A model generated the notes under the pieces. It saw only the letters and a list, made by a program, of their open reading frames with translations, did not search any database and was not told where the DNA came from. Both the position numbers and the translations under genes were made by a program. A stretch of DNA of 64,000 nucleotides from Clostridia bacterium (GTDB lineage Bacteria; Bacillota; Clostridia; Oscillospirales; CAG-272): positions 32,504 through 96,503 of the forward strand of contig JAFQFR010000015.1 in assembly GCA_017398595.1 (NCBI GenBank), written 5' to 3'. Below are positions 1-9,597 of this stretch, piece by piece. How positions within the stretch are numbered: the stretch's first letter is position 1; every line of letters begins with the position of its first letter.

Positions 1-162
1 CAGCACGCCGACACGGCTCATCTGCGTCACGGGCAGTCTGTTTTCGGGATACAGACGCTCGGTCTGCACCCGCGGAATATCGGGATGAAACGGCACCGTG
101 CCGCACAGCGGGCACGCCTTTTCCGTATCCGCCAGCTTCACCCCGCAGTTGATACAATACAT
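1..162 (-). CDS. Zinc-ribbon N-terminus membrane protein (DUF6320-like), runs off the window edge
   Basis: Read manually: ATG at 162 behind AGGAG; MYCINCGVKLADTEKACPLCGTVPFHP has a CxxC...CxxC ribbon. Absent from the ORF track. Confidence 0.75.
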   Translation of the reverse strand, partial: MYCINCGVKLADTEKACPLCGTVPFHPDIPRVQTERLYPENRLPVTQMSRVGVL

Positions 163-203
163 AGTTTTCTCCTTAGTAAGATAGCTGAAAGTTTATCTAT
201 GAT

Positions 204-318
204 AACAATCCCTCAGTCACCTAACGGTGACAGCTCCCTTTACACAAGGGAGCTTCTGGTGCAAATAGCGACGCAAGCGTCGCATGGGAAGGTGGCGACG
301 TAGCCGTCGGAGGGATTG
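204..318. repeat. REP-like palindromic intergenic element (caatccctc...agctccctttacacaagggagc...gagggattg)
   Basis: Terminal inverted repeat caatccctc/gagggattg and internal hairpins. The core agctccctttacacaagggagc recurs at ~42410. Confidence 0.7.
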
Positions 319-336
319 ATACCATGCTAAATTCCT

Positions 337-2496
337 TTATATTCCGTTGCTCTCGACTTCGACTTCTATGCCCATATCGCGCAGGACGGCGAAGAAGTGC
401 GATTCCAGCAAGGGCTCACGGATATTGCGAATAAAGTTGATGTACAGCGTATCCCCAAACGAGATCACGCCGCAGTTGTAGGGCGCGGTCGCCTGCGCAC
501 CGAGAATAAAATCGATCCGCTCGACATACGGCAGCATCACCTCGGGCAACGTGACCGCACCGAGATTGGAGAGGCTCAGACAGGACTTGCGCTCCCCCAC
601 CGCGTCAAACACGGCTTTCATCACGATGTTTTTGAGGAACAGCGGCGTGATCTTGAGGGCAAATACGCGCTCGCTGCCGACATTGGTGGCGATCTTCATG
701 CTCATCTGCTTGGGATTGACCTCGAGCCCCATCCAGTGGCGAACGACCTGGCAGATCTCCTCAAACGTATACTCGCCGAGCTTCGGATGGATCTCGGGCG
801 TGGTGTAGAGCGCAAAATTGCGCAGCGTGCGGCTGGGAAACAGCCGCCGCAGGTTGACGGGAAGCAGAATTTTGATCGGTTTGCGCCGACGGATGTTCGG
901 CACTTTTTCTTTTTGCAGATCCTGCAGCGCCAGCATCATCGCCGCACAGATAAACACGGTCACGCTCACGCCGCAGGCGTGTGCTTTTTCCAAAACCGTC
1001 TTTGCAGGGAGCTTCAGGCAGGTGAGGTGCAGAAAGCCTGCTGGCTCGGGCGTGCCGCAGAGCCGCCATGCGGTGTTCTCGCGGCGGCTCGCGCTGACAT
1101 TGCCCGCGTATTTGAGGAAACTGTCTTCCATCTCTTCCTCGCTCGGCTCTTCGAGTCTGCCGAGCACGCCCTGCTCCGCGGGGATCGAAATGCCATGCTT
1201 TTGCTGCAAGTACTCGGCAACCAGCGTCTTTAAAAAGATGAGCGCGCCCGTGCCGTCGGTGAGCGAATGGAAGATCTCCACCGCGACGCGCCGCTTGTAC
1301 ACGATCACGCGGAACGCGCACTGCCGCGTCTCCTTGCGCGACATACGCAGCAGCGGGTAGCTGCTCTCCTCTCGAATGGAGGGCGCCTCCGAGATCTGCT
1401 GCAAATAATACCAGAATACGCCGCGGCGCAGTCTGGTGGCAATGGACGGGAACCGCCGCACCGTTACATCCAGCGCCGACTGCAGCACCTGCACATCGAC
1501 TTCCTCGTAGAGCGTCGCGGACAGACGGAACACGTTGCTCCAGTTCTGTCGGGCGGCGGCAGGATAGATCTTCGCCGCGTTGTCCAGCCGCATCCAGCGG
1601 AGCTTGCGCTCGGGGGACATCACGCGGTTCAGGAACTGATTGATGGTGACGAAGTCCTCTTGATTTTCCTGCAGGTTATAGACCACATAGGCATGCCAGC
1701 GCTCGGGTGCGATCACCATCTCACTCTTGCAGCCAACCTTGCGCAGCCGATCGTGCATCTCCACGGTGTCGCTGCGCATGATCTCGTCGCCGCCGACAAA
1801 CAAGAGCGACGGCGGCATGCCGCGCAGGTCGCCGAACAACGGCGATACCAGCGGATCGGTGCGGTCATCGGTGTAGCTGCTTGCAAAAAAGTCGAGCTGC
1901 TCGACCGTCATCGAGGGGTCAGCTTCCTTATTTTCTATATAAGACTCGCCCGACGCGGTGAGGTCGGTCCACGGAGAAATGCCGAGGATGCCGCCGGGCA
2001 ACGTCTCACCGAGGGATTTCAGCTTCAGGCAGAGCGCATAGCAAAGACCGCCGCCCGCACTCTCGCCCGCAAGCGTGATATGCGCGGGGGCATACCCCTT
2101 TTCGAGCAGATAGCGATAGGCAGTGAGCGAATCGTCGAGCGCCGCGGGATAGCGATGTTCGGGTGCCAGGCGATAGCCGACGCAGAACACACGCACGCCG
2201 CACTGCACCGCGAGCGTCGCGGCAAAGCCCTTGGCATATTCGAGGTCGCCGCAGGTATACCCGCCGCCGTGCAGATACAGGATCACGCCCTGCCGCCGCT
2301 CGTCGCGCGGGATCACCCATGCGCCCGTAAAGTCGGCAAACGGATGGTCCTTGATGATGACCTCTTTGCGGTGCATCACTTCCATCAGCTCGCCGAGCAT
2401 ATTCTGTCCGCGCCGCATCGTCGCAAGCGAACAGCTGCAAAGCAGCGGCTGCAGGCGCTGCATTTGCTTTTGAATTGTCTTTGCCGATAATGCCAT
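337..2496 (-). CDS. Fusion of an HSL-family alpha/beta hydrolase (esterase) and an alcohol acetyltransferase/condensation-like domain
   Basis: N-half has LHGGG, GESAGG and a C-terminal catalytic D/H. C-half starts WMRLDNAAKIYP and has HxxxDG (FHSLTDG). Confidence 0.85.
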   Translation of the reverse strand: MALSAKTIQKQMQRLQPLLCSCSLATMRRGQNMLGELMEVMHRKEVIIKDHPFADFTGAWVIPRDERRQGVILYLHGGGYTCGDLEYAKGFAATLAVQCGVRVFCVGYRLAPEHRYPAALDDSLTAYRYLLEKGYAPAHITLAGESAGGGLCYALCLKLKSLGETLPGGILGISPWTDLTASGESYIENKEADPSMTVEQLDFFASSYTDDRTDPLVSPLFGDLRGMPPSLLFVGGDEIMRSDTVEMHDRLRKVGCKSEMVIAPERWHAYVVYNLQENQEDFVTINQFLNRVMSPERKLRWMRLDNAAKIYPAAARQNWSNVFRLSATLYEEVDVQVLQSALDVTVRRFPSIATRLRRGVFWYYLQQISEAPSIREESSYPLLRMSRKETRQCAFRVIVYKRRVAVEIFHSLTDGTGALIFLKTLVAEYLQQKHGISIPAEQGVLGRLEEPSEEEMEDSFLKYAGNVSASRRENTAWRLCGTPEPAGFLHLTCLKLPAKTVLEKAHACGVSVTVFICAAMMLALQDLQKEKVPNIRRRKPIKILLPVNLRRLFPSRTLRNFALYTTPEIHPKLGEYTFEEICQVVRHWMGLEVNPKQMSMKIATNVGSERVFALKITPLFLKNIVMKAVFDAVGERKSCLSLSNLGAVTLPEVMLPYVERIDFILGAQATAPYNCGVISFGDTLYINFIRNIREPLLESHFFAVLRDMGIEVEVESNGI

Positions 2497-2587
2497 GCCG
2501 TGGTTCCCTTTCGTTGTTGATTTTATTAGTATACCATAAAGCGCACTCTGTTTGCAACTATGAAAAGAAAAATGGACGGGAGTTCAT

Positions 2588-2615
2588 GCGGCGCGTCGGG
2601 GACGTCGCGCCCTAC
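2588..2615 (-). repeat. GTAG-type REP element
   Basis: Minus strand reads GTAG-GGCGCG-N10-CGCGCC: GTAG tetranucleotide followed by a palindrome. Confidence 0.55.
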
Positions 2616-2709
2616 ACGCAGATATATCCCGCCGCCAATAAAACGACAGCAAAAATGCATACCCAACCGCATAATTTTGCAAAAAGATGCATTTTTTTAC
2701 AAAAACCTC

Positions 2710-2738
2710 TTGCTTTTTGCAAGAAAGGGTAGTATAAT
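2710..2738 (+). promoter_or_regulatory. Sigma-A promoter for the riboswitch/symporter
   Basis: TTGCTT-N17-TATAAT. Confidence 0.7.
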
Positions 2739-2762
2739 AGCGTCAAATTTCATATTTCTGTA

Positions 2763-2928
2763 TGACGTTTGCAGGAAATTGCGATATGCGCAGCCGAAGG
2801 AGTAACGCTCTCAGGTGTCCGAAAGGATGAGGACTGCAAACCGACAGAACTTTGGAGAATCCCGCAAAAGCGGGTGCCGAAGGTGCAAAGCGCTGATACG
2901 CTAATCTCTCAGGCAAAAGGACAAAGTT
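2763..2928 (+). ncRNA. Tandem glycine riboswitch (two aptamers)
   Basis: Two copies of the GCCGAAGG...CTCTCAGG...AGGAC signature, each closed by a P1 stem (gtttgcag/ctgcaaac; ctttg/caaag), upstream of an alanine/glycine symporter. Confidence 0.93.
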
Positions 2929-3016
2929 GATTTTTTTCATCTCTCTTTTTGTATTCTTTGGGATCGCGTTCTATGCGCGATCCTTTTTTATTGCATCGCG
3001 GCGGAAAGGAAAAAAC

Positions 3017-4555
3017 ATGGATCAGTTTTTTAACAAGCTTGCAGCGGTCAACGATGTGATCAACACATTCGTCTGGACCAAAACCGGTGTTTGGCTGCTT
3101 GTGGCTGTCGGCATCGTTATGACCCTCATTACCTGCTGCTTCCAGGTAACCCACATCGGTCACTGGATGAAGCACACGATCGGCAGCCTCTTTAAGAAGA
3201 ATGTCATCGGACACAGCAAGGACAAGAAGTCCATCTCCCCCTTCCAGGCGCTCTGTACCGCGCTTGCGGCTACCATCGGTACCGGTAACATCGCGGGCGT
3301 TGCAGCGGCGATCGTCATCGGCGGTCCCGGCGCCGTTTTCTGGATGTGGCTCGCGGCATTTTTCGGCATGATGACCAACTACTCCGAAAACATCCTCGGC
3401 ATCTACTACCGCCGCCGCAATAAAGACGGTGAATGGTCGGGCGGCGCGATGTACTATCTCGCGGAAGGCCTCGGCAGCAAAAAGGGCTGCAAGTGGCTCG
3501 GTAAGATCCTCGCCATCCTCTTCTCCTGCTTTGCAATTCTCGCTTCGTTCGGTATCGGCAGCATGGGCCAGGTCAACAAGATCGTTGCCAATATCGCAAA
3601 CGCGTTTGACATCAAGGCACTTTCCTCTGTTACCCTTTACGAGGGTGTATCGCTTTACAACCTGATCATCGGTCTCGTGATCATGGCGCTTGCCGCTCTG
3701 ATCGTCCTCGGCGGACTCAAGAGAATCGCAGCGGTTGCGGAAAAGGTCGTTCCTTTCATGGTCGTATTCTTCGTAGCTGGAAGCCTTGTGATCATCGGCG
3801 TCAACTATGACCAGATCATCCCCGCATTCAAGGCGATCTTCGTCACCGCGTTCAAGCCTATGGCAGTCGTCGGCGGTGGCATCGGCGCCGTGATCGGCAA
3901 GGTCATGACGCAGGGCTTCAAGCGCGGCGTATTCTCCAATGAGGCAGGTCTCGGTTCCTCGGTCATGGTCCACTCGAATTCCAACGTAAAAGAGCCCGTA
4001 ACACAGGGTATGTGGGGTATCTTCGAGGTATTTGCGGATACCATCATCGTTTGCACCATGACGGCACTGGTTGTTCTCACTTCCGGCGTATATGACCTGA
4101 ACACCGGTCTTATGCAGGAAGGTCTGAGCGACGCAACGCTGGTCGCAAGCGCGTTCAACACCGTGTTCAGTTGGGGCAACATTGGCGAAAAGTTCGTTGC
4201 CATTGCTATGTTCCTCTTTGCATTCACCACCGTTCTCAGCTGGTCGCACTACGGTACAAAGGCTTGGGAATATCTCTTCGGCACCAAGACCACCATCGTT
4301 TTCAAGGTCATTCATATCATCACCATCATCTTCGGCGCACTCATGACTTCCTCGCTTGCATGGGATATTTCCGACACCTTCAACGGTCTGATGATGATGC
4401 CCAACCTGATCGGCGTTGTCACTCTGTCGGGTCTGGTTATGAAGATCACCAAAAACTATGTGGATCGTAAGATCAAGGGCAAGGATGTCGCACCGATACT
4501 CTCCTATGATCCCGCTATCCAGGCAGACATGGAAGCAAAACCCGACGACGAATAA
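3017..4555 (+). CDS. Sodium:alanine/glycine symporter (AGCS/AlsT family)
   Basis: ISPFQALCTALAATIGTGNIAGV, GGPGAVFWMW, KRGVFSNEAGLGS motifs. Start moved to ATG 3017 behind AAAGGA. Confidence 0.93.
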   Translation: MDQFFNKLAAVNDVINTFVWTKTGVWLLVAVGIVMTLITCCFQVTHIGHWMKHTIGSLFKKNVIGHSKDKKSISPFQALCTALAATIGTGNIAGVAAAIVIGGPGAVFWMWLAAFFGMMTNYSENILGIYYRRRNKDGEWSGGAMYYLAEGLGSKKGCKWLGKILAILFSCFAILASFGIGSMGQVNKIVANIANAFDIKALSSVTLYEGVSLYNLIIGLVIMALAALIVLGGLKRIAAVAEKVVPFMVVFFVAGSLVIIGVNYDQIIPAFKAIFVTAFKPMAVVGGGIGAVIGKVMTQGFKRGVFSNEAGLGSSVMVHSNSNVKEPVTQGMWGIFEVFADTIIVCTMTALVVLTSGVYDLNTGLMQEGLSDATLVASAFNTVFSWGNIGEKFVAIAMFLFAFTTVLSWSHYGTKAWEYLFGTKTTIVFKVIHIITIIFGALMTSSLAWDISDTFNGLMMMPNLIGVVTLSGLVMKITKNYVDRKIKGKDVAPILSYDPAIQADMEAKPDDE

Positions 4556-4568
4556 GCAAAGCCATACA

Positions 4569-4601
4569 AAAAGGACTTCCCACGGGAAGTCCTTTTATTT
4601 T
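4569..4601 (+). terminator. Intrinsic terminator (probably bidirectional)
   Basis: aaaaggacttccc-ac-gggaagtcctttt followed by a U-rich tail. Confidence 0.8.
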
Positions 4602-4899
4602 ATTCGGCAACAACGCGGATGCAGTCGATGCCCGCGTAATAGTTGGTTGCCGAAGCGTTTTTGCCGCTGATGCGCAGCAAAACCTTGTTGTCACCGACAT
4701 TTAGCTGCACGCCGCTCCATGCAGAACCGAAAGATGTCTTCGACTGCACAGATGCCTTGCCGCCGCTGAGCGCAGCATACACTTTCAGATCCTCGCCCTC
4801 AAAGATGTATTTCATCGGATCTCCGGTCCGTCCTTATCGGGGAGCGTACCGCTTGACCGAGGACGTCTGCCAATTTCCAAGCATGAACAAGTTATCCAT
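4600..4899 (-). pseudogene. Collapsed remnant of a carbohydrate-active protein gene (possibly DUF2961/GH172-like with a C-terminal beta-sandwich)
   Basis: ATG at 4899 behind GGGAGG reads MDNLFMLGNWQTSSVKRYAPR-stop, then in the same frame FEGEDLKV...GKNASATNYYAGIDCIRV, which resembles the last strands of a CBM-like domain. The family is a guess. Confidence 0.4.
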
Positions 4900-5022
4900 C
4901 GTATGCCCTCCCGCAGTATTTTTCTGCTTTCAGCATACAAAATTCCTTGCGGAATGCCAATAGCAGCTCTTAACAAACTTTGCGAATTCATTTAACATTT
5001 ATTGCAGTAGGGGGGTGTATAT

Positions 5023-5427
5023 ATGAACCTGAACACGATCTCACCGTATGTGCGCCGCGCGATGCGCTCACAGCTTCGCGCACCGTTCAAACTCGGACAG
5101 CGCGTGATCTTTGACTATGAGATCATCTATCTTGCCTCGGGAAAATTCCTGCTGACGGTAGAGGGAAAAGAATATATCTGCCGCAAGGGCGACGTGATGT
5201 TGCTACGCCCGGGACAGCCGCACACGCTCCAAAGCATTGATGGCATTTCCGTCTCCCAGCCGCACATCCATTTTGACATGACCTATGACGAGCACAGTGA
5301 CAAGGTGTATATTTCCTTTAAAGACCTGCCGAAATTCACCGATGAGGAGCGTACTCGGATCCGCAGAACATCTTTTTCCTATATACTCTTGAAATTCCTA
5401 CCGAAAACATGGTATACTTATGTATAG
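5023..5427 (+). pseudogene. Truncated AraC-family regulator (N-terminal cupin only, HTH lost)
   Basis: ISPYVR...RVIFDYEIIY...GDVMLLRPGQPH...HIHFD cupin. The ORF runs into the promoter of the next gene and has no HTH. Confidence 0.7.
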
Positions 5428-5448
5428 TAGAACACAGGAGGCGTTTGC

Positions 5449-7283
5449 ATGAAAAAAGCAGCTCAATTTCTGCTGATGTTGGCAGTAGCAATATGCATTT
5501 GTATCGCCGCGCCCGAGGTCTATGCCGCCGAAGGAACCTGCGGTACCAATGTCCTCTGGACACTCGACGAAGACACCGGCGCCATGACCATATCCGGCAG
5601 CGGCGCCATGACCTCCTATACAGGCTGGAAAAACTACCGGGCACAGATCAAAACGCTGACCGTGGAAGACGGTGTAAGTGCTGTTTGCGACTATGCCTTC
5701 CACAACTGTGAGAATCTGACCGATGCAAAACTGGCAGACAGCGTCACAAGCATCGGCGACTATGCCTTTTACAACTGCGACCGGCTCCGGGATCTGCAGT
5801 TGCCCGCGGTCTGCGAACTGGATGCAGGCGCCTTTTACAGCTGTTCCGCTCTGACCGAAGTAACACTGCCGAAAGCATCTGTCATAAACGAAGAGGTATT
5901 TGCCGCCTGCTCCGCACTGCAAAAGGTGACCATCCCGGAGGGATATGTATCCATATCGGACGGAGCCTTTGCATACTGTGAATCCCTGTCGGAGATCACC
6001 ATTCCCGAAAGCGTGCAGGATTTGGAGATGTTTGCATTCCACCGTTGCTCGAATCTTACGCGTATCCATGTGCTCGGAGATCTGGAAACGCTGACCGATG
6101 ATGACGGCGGTGCAACGCTTACACAGCTGGTAGGCATCTATTTTTACGGCAACGCTCCCGCTTCGATCATTACTATCATTCTACAAACACCTTTGTAGAC
6201 GGTACGGTCACCGACTACTATTGGGACCTGTCTCCCTACCAGGCGTTGGGCAATAAACTGCATATGGCGCGCAATATCGTGGGACTGGAATCGGACGGGC
6301 TGAGCTGGACGCTGAACATCAAGCTTGCCACCTATACGGTCTCAAACGTCACCATACAGGCAACTTCCTCGCGGGACGTGACCGAGGTCACCGTGCCGAA
6401 CACGATCGCCTCCTATCCCGTATCCGCCGTCTCTTTCAGAAATAACTCTACGCTGAAAAAGGTGCGGTATCAGCGCCCCGCGGTCACAGACAACGCCTTT
6501 TACCAATGCACTGCCCTCGAGGAAGTCATTTTAGAGGAAGGCGTTACCTCTATCCGTGACCATGCATTTTATGGCTGCACCTCCCTCAAAAAAGTACATC
6601 TCCCCGACACATTGACCGATATTCGCCAAATTATATTTTTGAACTGTTCCTCGCTGCAATCCGCGATCATCCCGCGTGCCGTAACGGATATCGAAAGCTA
6701 TATGTTCTTCGGCTGCACCGCCCTGCGCTGGCTGTACATCGACGGCAACTATAACGCGAACAGCTACGAATTTTCAGATTGCAACAGTCTGGAATGGATC
6801 CGCTTCTCCGACTTGGTCACCGAAATGCACAGCTGCGGTCTCAGAAACTGCACCGCAAAGACAATCATCTTCGCGGGCGAGCTGCCGACCTGCACCGATA
6901 CTGAGGAAACATTGACATGCTTCGGCAGTGCGGAAACGGTCTATTACCCCGCCGACAGTGCAAGCTGGGCTAAACTTGCCGCTGAGTGGGACTCCGAGGA
7001 CTGCGAACTCAAACCCTATCGCACGGGATTCAGCGTGGACGAACGCACCACGACCCGCCTGCAAGGCACCTATGTCCCCGAGACGCACCCCGAGGATCCC
7101 GCCCTTGTTGTGATCGCGGCATATACCGCCGACGGCAAGCTGGCAGCGGTCGATTGCTTACAGTATGATCCCGACAAAGTGCCCGTCTACTCCGTAGAAA
7201 TGCGCGGTATCTTCCACGGCGAACTGCAGTACAAAGTATTCTGGCTGTTGCAAGACAGTTACCTTCCCCGCATTGCCGCATAA
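5449..7283 (+). pseudogene. BspA-family leucine-rich-repeat surface protein, split by a frameshift near 6160
   Basis: Signal peptide, GTCGTNVLWTLD, and many (T/S)IGDYAFYxC repeats in both ORFs (5449-6198 and 6246-7283). The frame of the second ORF is open from ~6162 (FDHYYHSTNTF...). Confidence 0.75.
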
Positions 7284-7295
7284 ATCCAAAAATTT

Positions 7296-7330
7296 ACAGT
7301 AGGAATGCTTCGGCATTCCTGCTGTTTTTT
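7296..7330 (+). terminator. Intrinsic terminator
   Basis: acagtaggaatgc-ttcg-gcattcctgctgt followed by a T run. Confidence 0.85.
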
Positions 7331-7420
7331 GTTGTATCCCTGCCGAAAAAACTGCCTATCCTATTGACACACATGCGAAAACGTGATAATATAGTTTTTA
7401 AAACCATATGAGGTGATTGC

Positions 7421-8068
7421 ATGAGCAAAATCATAAAAAAAAAGCGCTACACGGTGGGCGAGGAGATCTTCAGCGCAGTGTCACACGGGATCGGCGCGGG
7501 ACTGTCGGTGGCGGCGCTCGTCACGATGATCGTGCGGGCAGCACGCAGCGGCGACGGATACGCCATCATCGCGGCGGCGATCTTCGGCGCGGCACTGGTG
7601 ATCCTCTACACCATGTCCACGCTGTATCACGCGCTCACGCCCGTGGGGGCGAAAAAGATCTTTCGCATTTTCGACCATGCCACGATCTTTCTGCTGATCG
7701 CGGGCACATACACGCCCTATTTGCTCGTGACCATGCGCGGAACGGTCGGATGGATCCTGTTCTGCATTCTGTGGGCACTCACGGCGATCGGCATCGTATT
7801 CGACGCGATCATGCTCGAACGCTTTCACAAGATCGAAATGGTACTGTATGTTGCGATGGGATGGTGCATCGTGGTCGCGAGCAAGACCCTGGTCGCAAGC
7901 CTTGCGCCGGGCGGACTGATCCTGCTGCTCGCGGGCGGCGTACTGTATACCCTCGGCATCATTTTCTATTCACGCAAAAAGATCCGCTATATGCATTCGA
8001 TCTGGCATCTCTTTGTCCTCGCCGGCTCGATCCTGCACTATTTCTCGGTGTATCTGTATGTATTATAG
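7421..8068 (+). CDS. Hemolysin III / PAQR family membrane protein (TrhA-like)
   Basis: EE..SHGIG, STLYH, DHATIFLLIAGTYTP, HSIWHLFV motifs; TTGACA promoter upstream. Confidence 0.92.
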   Translation: MSKIIKKKRYTVGEEIFSAVSHGIGAGLSVAALVTMIVRAARSGDGYAIIAAAIFGAALVILYTMSTLYHALTPVGAKKIFRIFDHATIFLLIAGTYTPYLLVTMRGTVGWILFCILWALTAIGIVFDAIMLERFHKIEMVLYVAMGWCIVVASKTLVASLAPGGLILLLAGGVLYTLGIIFYSRKKIRYMHSIWHLFVLAGSILHYFSVYLYVL

Positions 8069-8084
8069 AAACTGTCGAAAAAAC

Positions 8085-8121
8085 ACAGCAGCCGCAACTT
8101 TTTCCGTTGCGGCTGCTGTTT
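8085..8121. terminator. Bidirectional terminator between convergent genes
   Basis: acagcagccgcaac...gttgcggctgctgt. Confidence 0.75.
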
Positions 8122-8124
8122 CAT

Positions 8125-9324
8125 TTATTGCTTTTCCGTGACGATGCCATCGGCTAAGATCGATGCGGTGGCGGACTGATTCAGTCTTTCCAGGATCGCC
8201 GCACGGCTTTCCGCAGAGGCGGAGCGAGTCATACCGTCGCTGTTTTCACAGGGGATCAGCTCGATCGACTTGACCTCGCCGCTGCTTGCCAGCGTAACTT
8301 TTACGAGCGCGCTCTCGGTCTGCTGCAGATTGCTCCACAAGTTGCCGATGCTGTAAAAGATCGGCTTACCGTTATAATATTCCACGGTTTGCAGCGTGTG
8401 TGTATGCGAACCGATGACGATGTCGGCACCCGCGTCGATCAGCGCGCGTGCGCCGTCGATCTGCTCCTGCTCGAGCACCAGCGAGTTTTCGGTGCCCCAA
8501 TGCACATAGGCGACCACAAAATCCGAGTTTTCCGCCGCCTGACGGATCACCTCGGTATATGCGTCGAGCGTGTACATCTTCATCACACCCGAGCTGTTCT
8601 CCGTCGCCTCGGGCGTATTGACGTATTTTTCCGAACGCATCGCCGCGGTATACGCGATGCGCACACAGTTCACCGTGCCGTAACGCACGCGGGATGCCTC
8701 GGTGATGTTCTCCCCCGCGCCGACATGGATAATCCCGGCGTTATCGAGCGCCGAAAGCGTATCGGTAAGCCCTGCTGCGCCGTAATCATAGACATGATTG
8801 TTCGCCAGCGAAACGATGTCCGCGCCCATTTGCTTTAAGACCGAAACATTTTCCGCATCGGTGCGGAACGTATAGCGCTTATTCTCCGGCTGCGTACTGT
8901 CGGTAAAGGCAAACACATTACCAAGCATAAAGATGTTTGCATTTTGCATTTCGGTCAGCAGGGCGGCATCTATGCAGGCGTAAAGATCTCTTTGGGCAGC
9001 CGCATATGCCGACCACGAGCCGTAGTCTGCATCCAGATTGACATCGCCGCCGAACAGCAGCACTGTGTCGGGGTATTCGATCTCGACAGGTGCGCTTTGC
9101 GTCTCGGCAGTGCTCACCTCCGACGTTTCGACAGGGGCAGTTGTCTCGACAAGGTCAGTCGTCTCGATCGGTTCGGGCGGATCGGTCACCGTATCGGTCA
9201 CCGTAGGCTGCCCGAAAGTGTCGCGCACTTTTGCTTCTCTGTATTCTGCGCCCGAAAACTGCCACGCTGCCAAAAGCAGCAGGAGCATACCGAGCACCAG
9301 GAGTGCGGAAAGCAATTTTTTCAT
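8125..9324 (-). CDS. CapA-family (PGA_cap) metallophosphoesterase with an N-terminal anchor and T/E-rich linker
   Basis: FGGDV, LANNHVYDYG, VHWGTE, GSHTH, YSIGN motifs. Confidence 0.88.
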   Translation of the reverse strand: MKKLLSALLVLGMLLLLLAAWQFSGAEYREAKVRDTFGQPTVTDTVTDPPEPIETTDLVETTAPVETSEVSTAETQSAPVEIEYPDTVLLFGGDVNLDADYGSWSAYAAAQRDLYACIDAALLTEMQNANIFMLGNVFAFTDSTQPENKRYTFRTDAENVSVLKQMGADIVSLANNHVYDYGAAGLTDTLSALDNAGIIHVGAGENITEASRVRYGTVNCVRIAYTAAMRSEKYVNTPEATENSSGVMKMYTLDAYTEVIRQAAENSDFVVAYVHWGTENSLVLEQEQIDGARALIDAGADIVIGSHTHTLQTVEYYNGKPIFYSIGNLWSNLQQTESALVKVTLASSGEVKSIELIPCENSDGMTRSASAESRAAILERLNQSATASILADGIVTEKQ

Positions 9325-9348
9325 CGTCCGTTTTTCCTTTTATTTATT

Positions 9349-9597
9349 TTAGATTGCAATGATGCCCATCATCGTGCCGCGCTTCTCTCCCATACGCCGG
9401 TGCGAACCGCGACTCCGACGGTCCGTGCAGGATCACTTGGGGTGCAGTCGCGGCTTGTCTCCGCCTCATCGGCTATGCGCCGATGGTTTTGGTAAAACAC
9501 GGCGGATACTTCGGCATACTGCGCTTTGCTTTTCTGTCCTCAGATTGCAATGATGCCCATCATCGTGCCGCGCTTCTCTCCCATTCTCCGGTGCGAA
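9349..9597 (-). repeat. 58-bp direct repeat of the pgeF 3' end (9349-9406 and 9540-9597)
   Basis: 55 of 58 positions identical by manual alignment; the differences are synonymous (AGA/CGT, TGA/TAA). Confidence 0.9.

Noticed and set aside
7421-8068. Hemolysin III as a virulence factor
   Set aside because: The PAQR/TrhA family is widespread and linked to membrane homeostasis; nothing here suggests a toxin role.
9349-9597. pgeF duplicate as a DGR template/variable repeat pair
   Set aside because: It is only 58 bp, the differences are synonymous and not consistently adenine-specific, there is no reverse transcriptase, and the target is a housekeeping enzyme.
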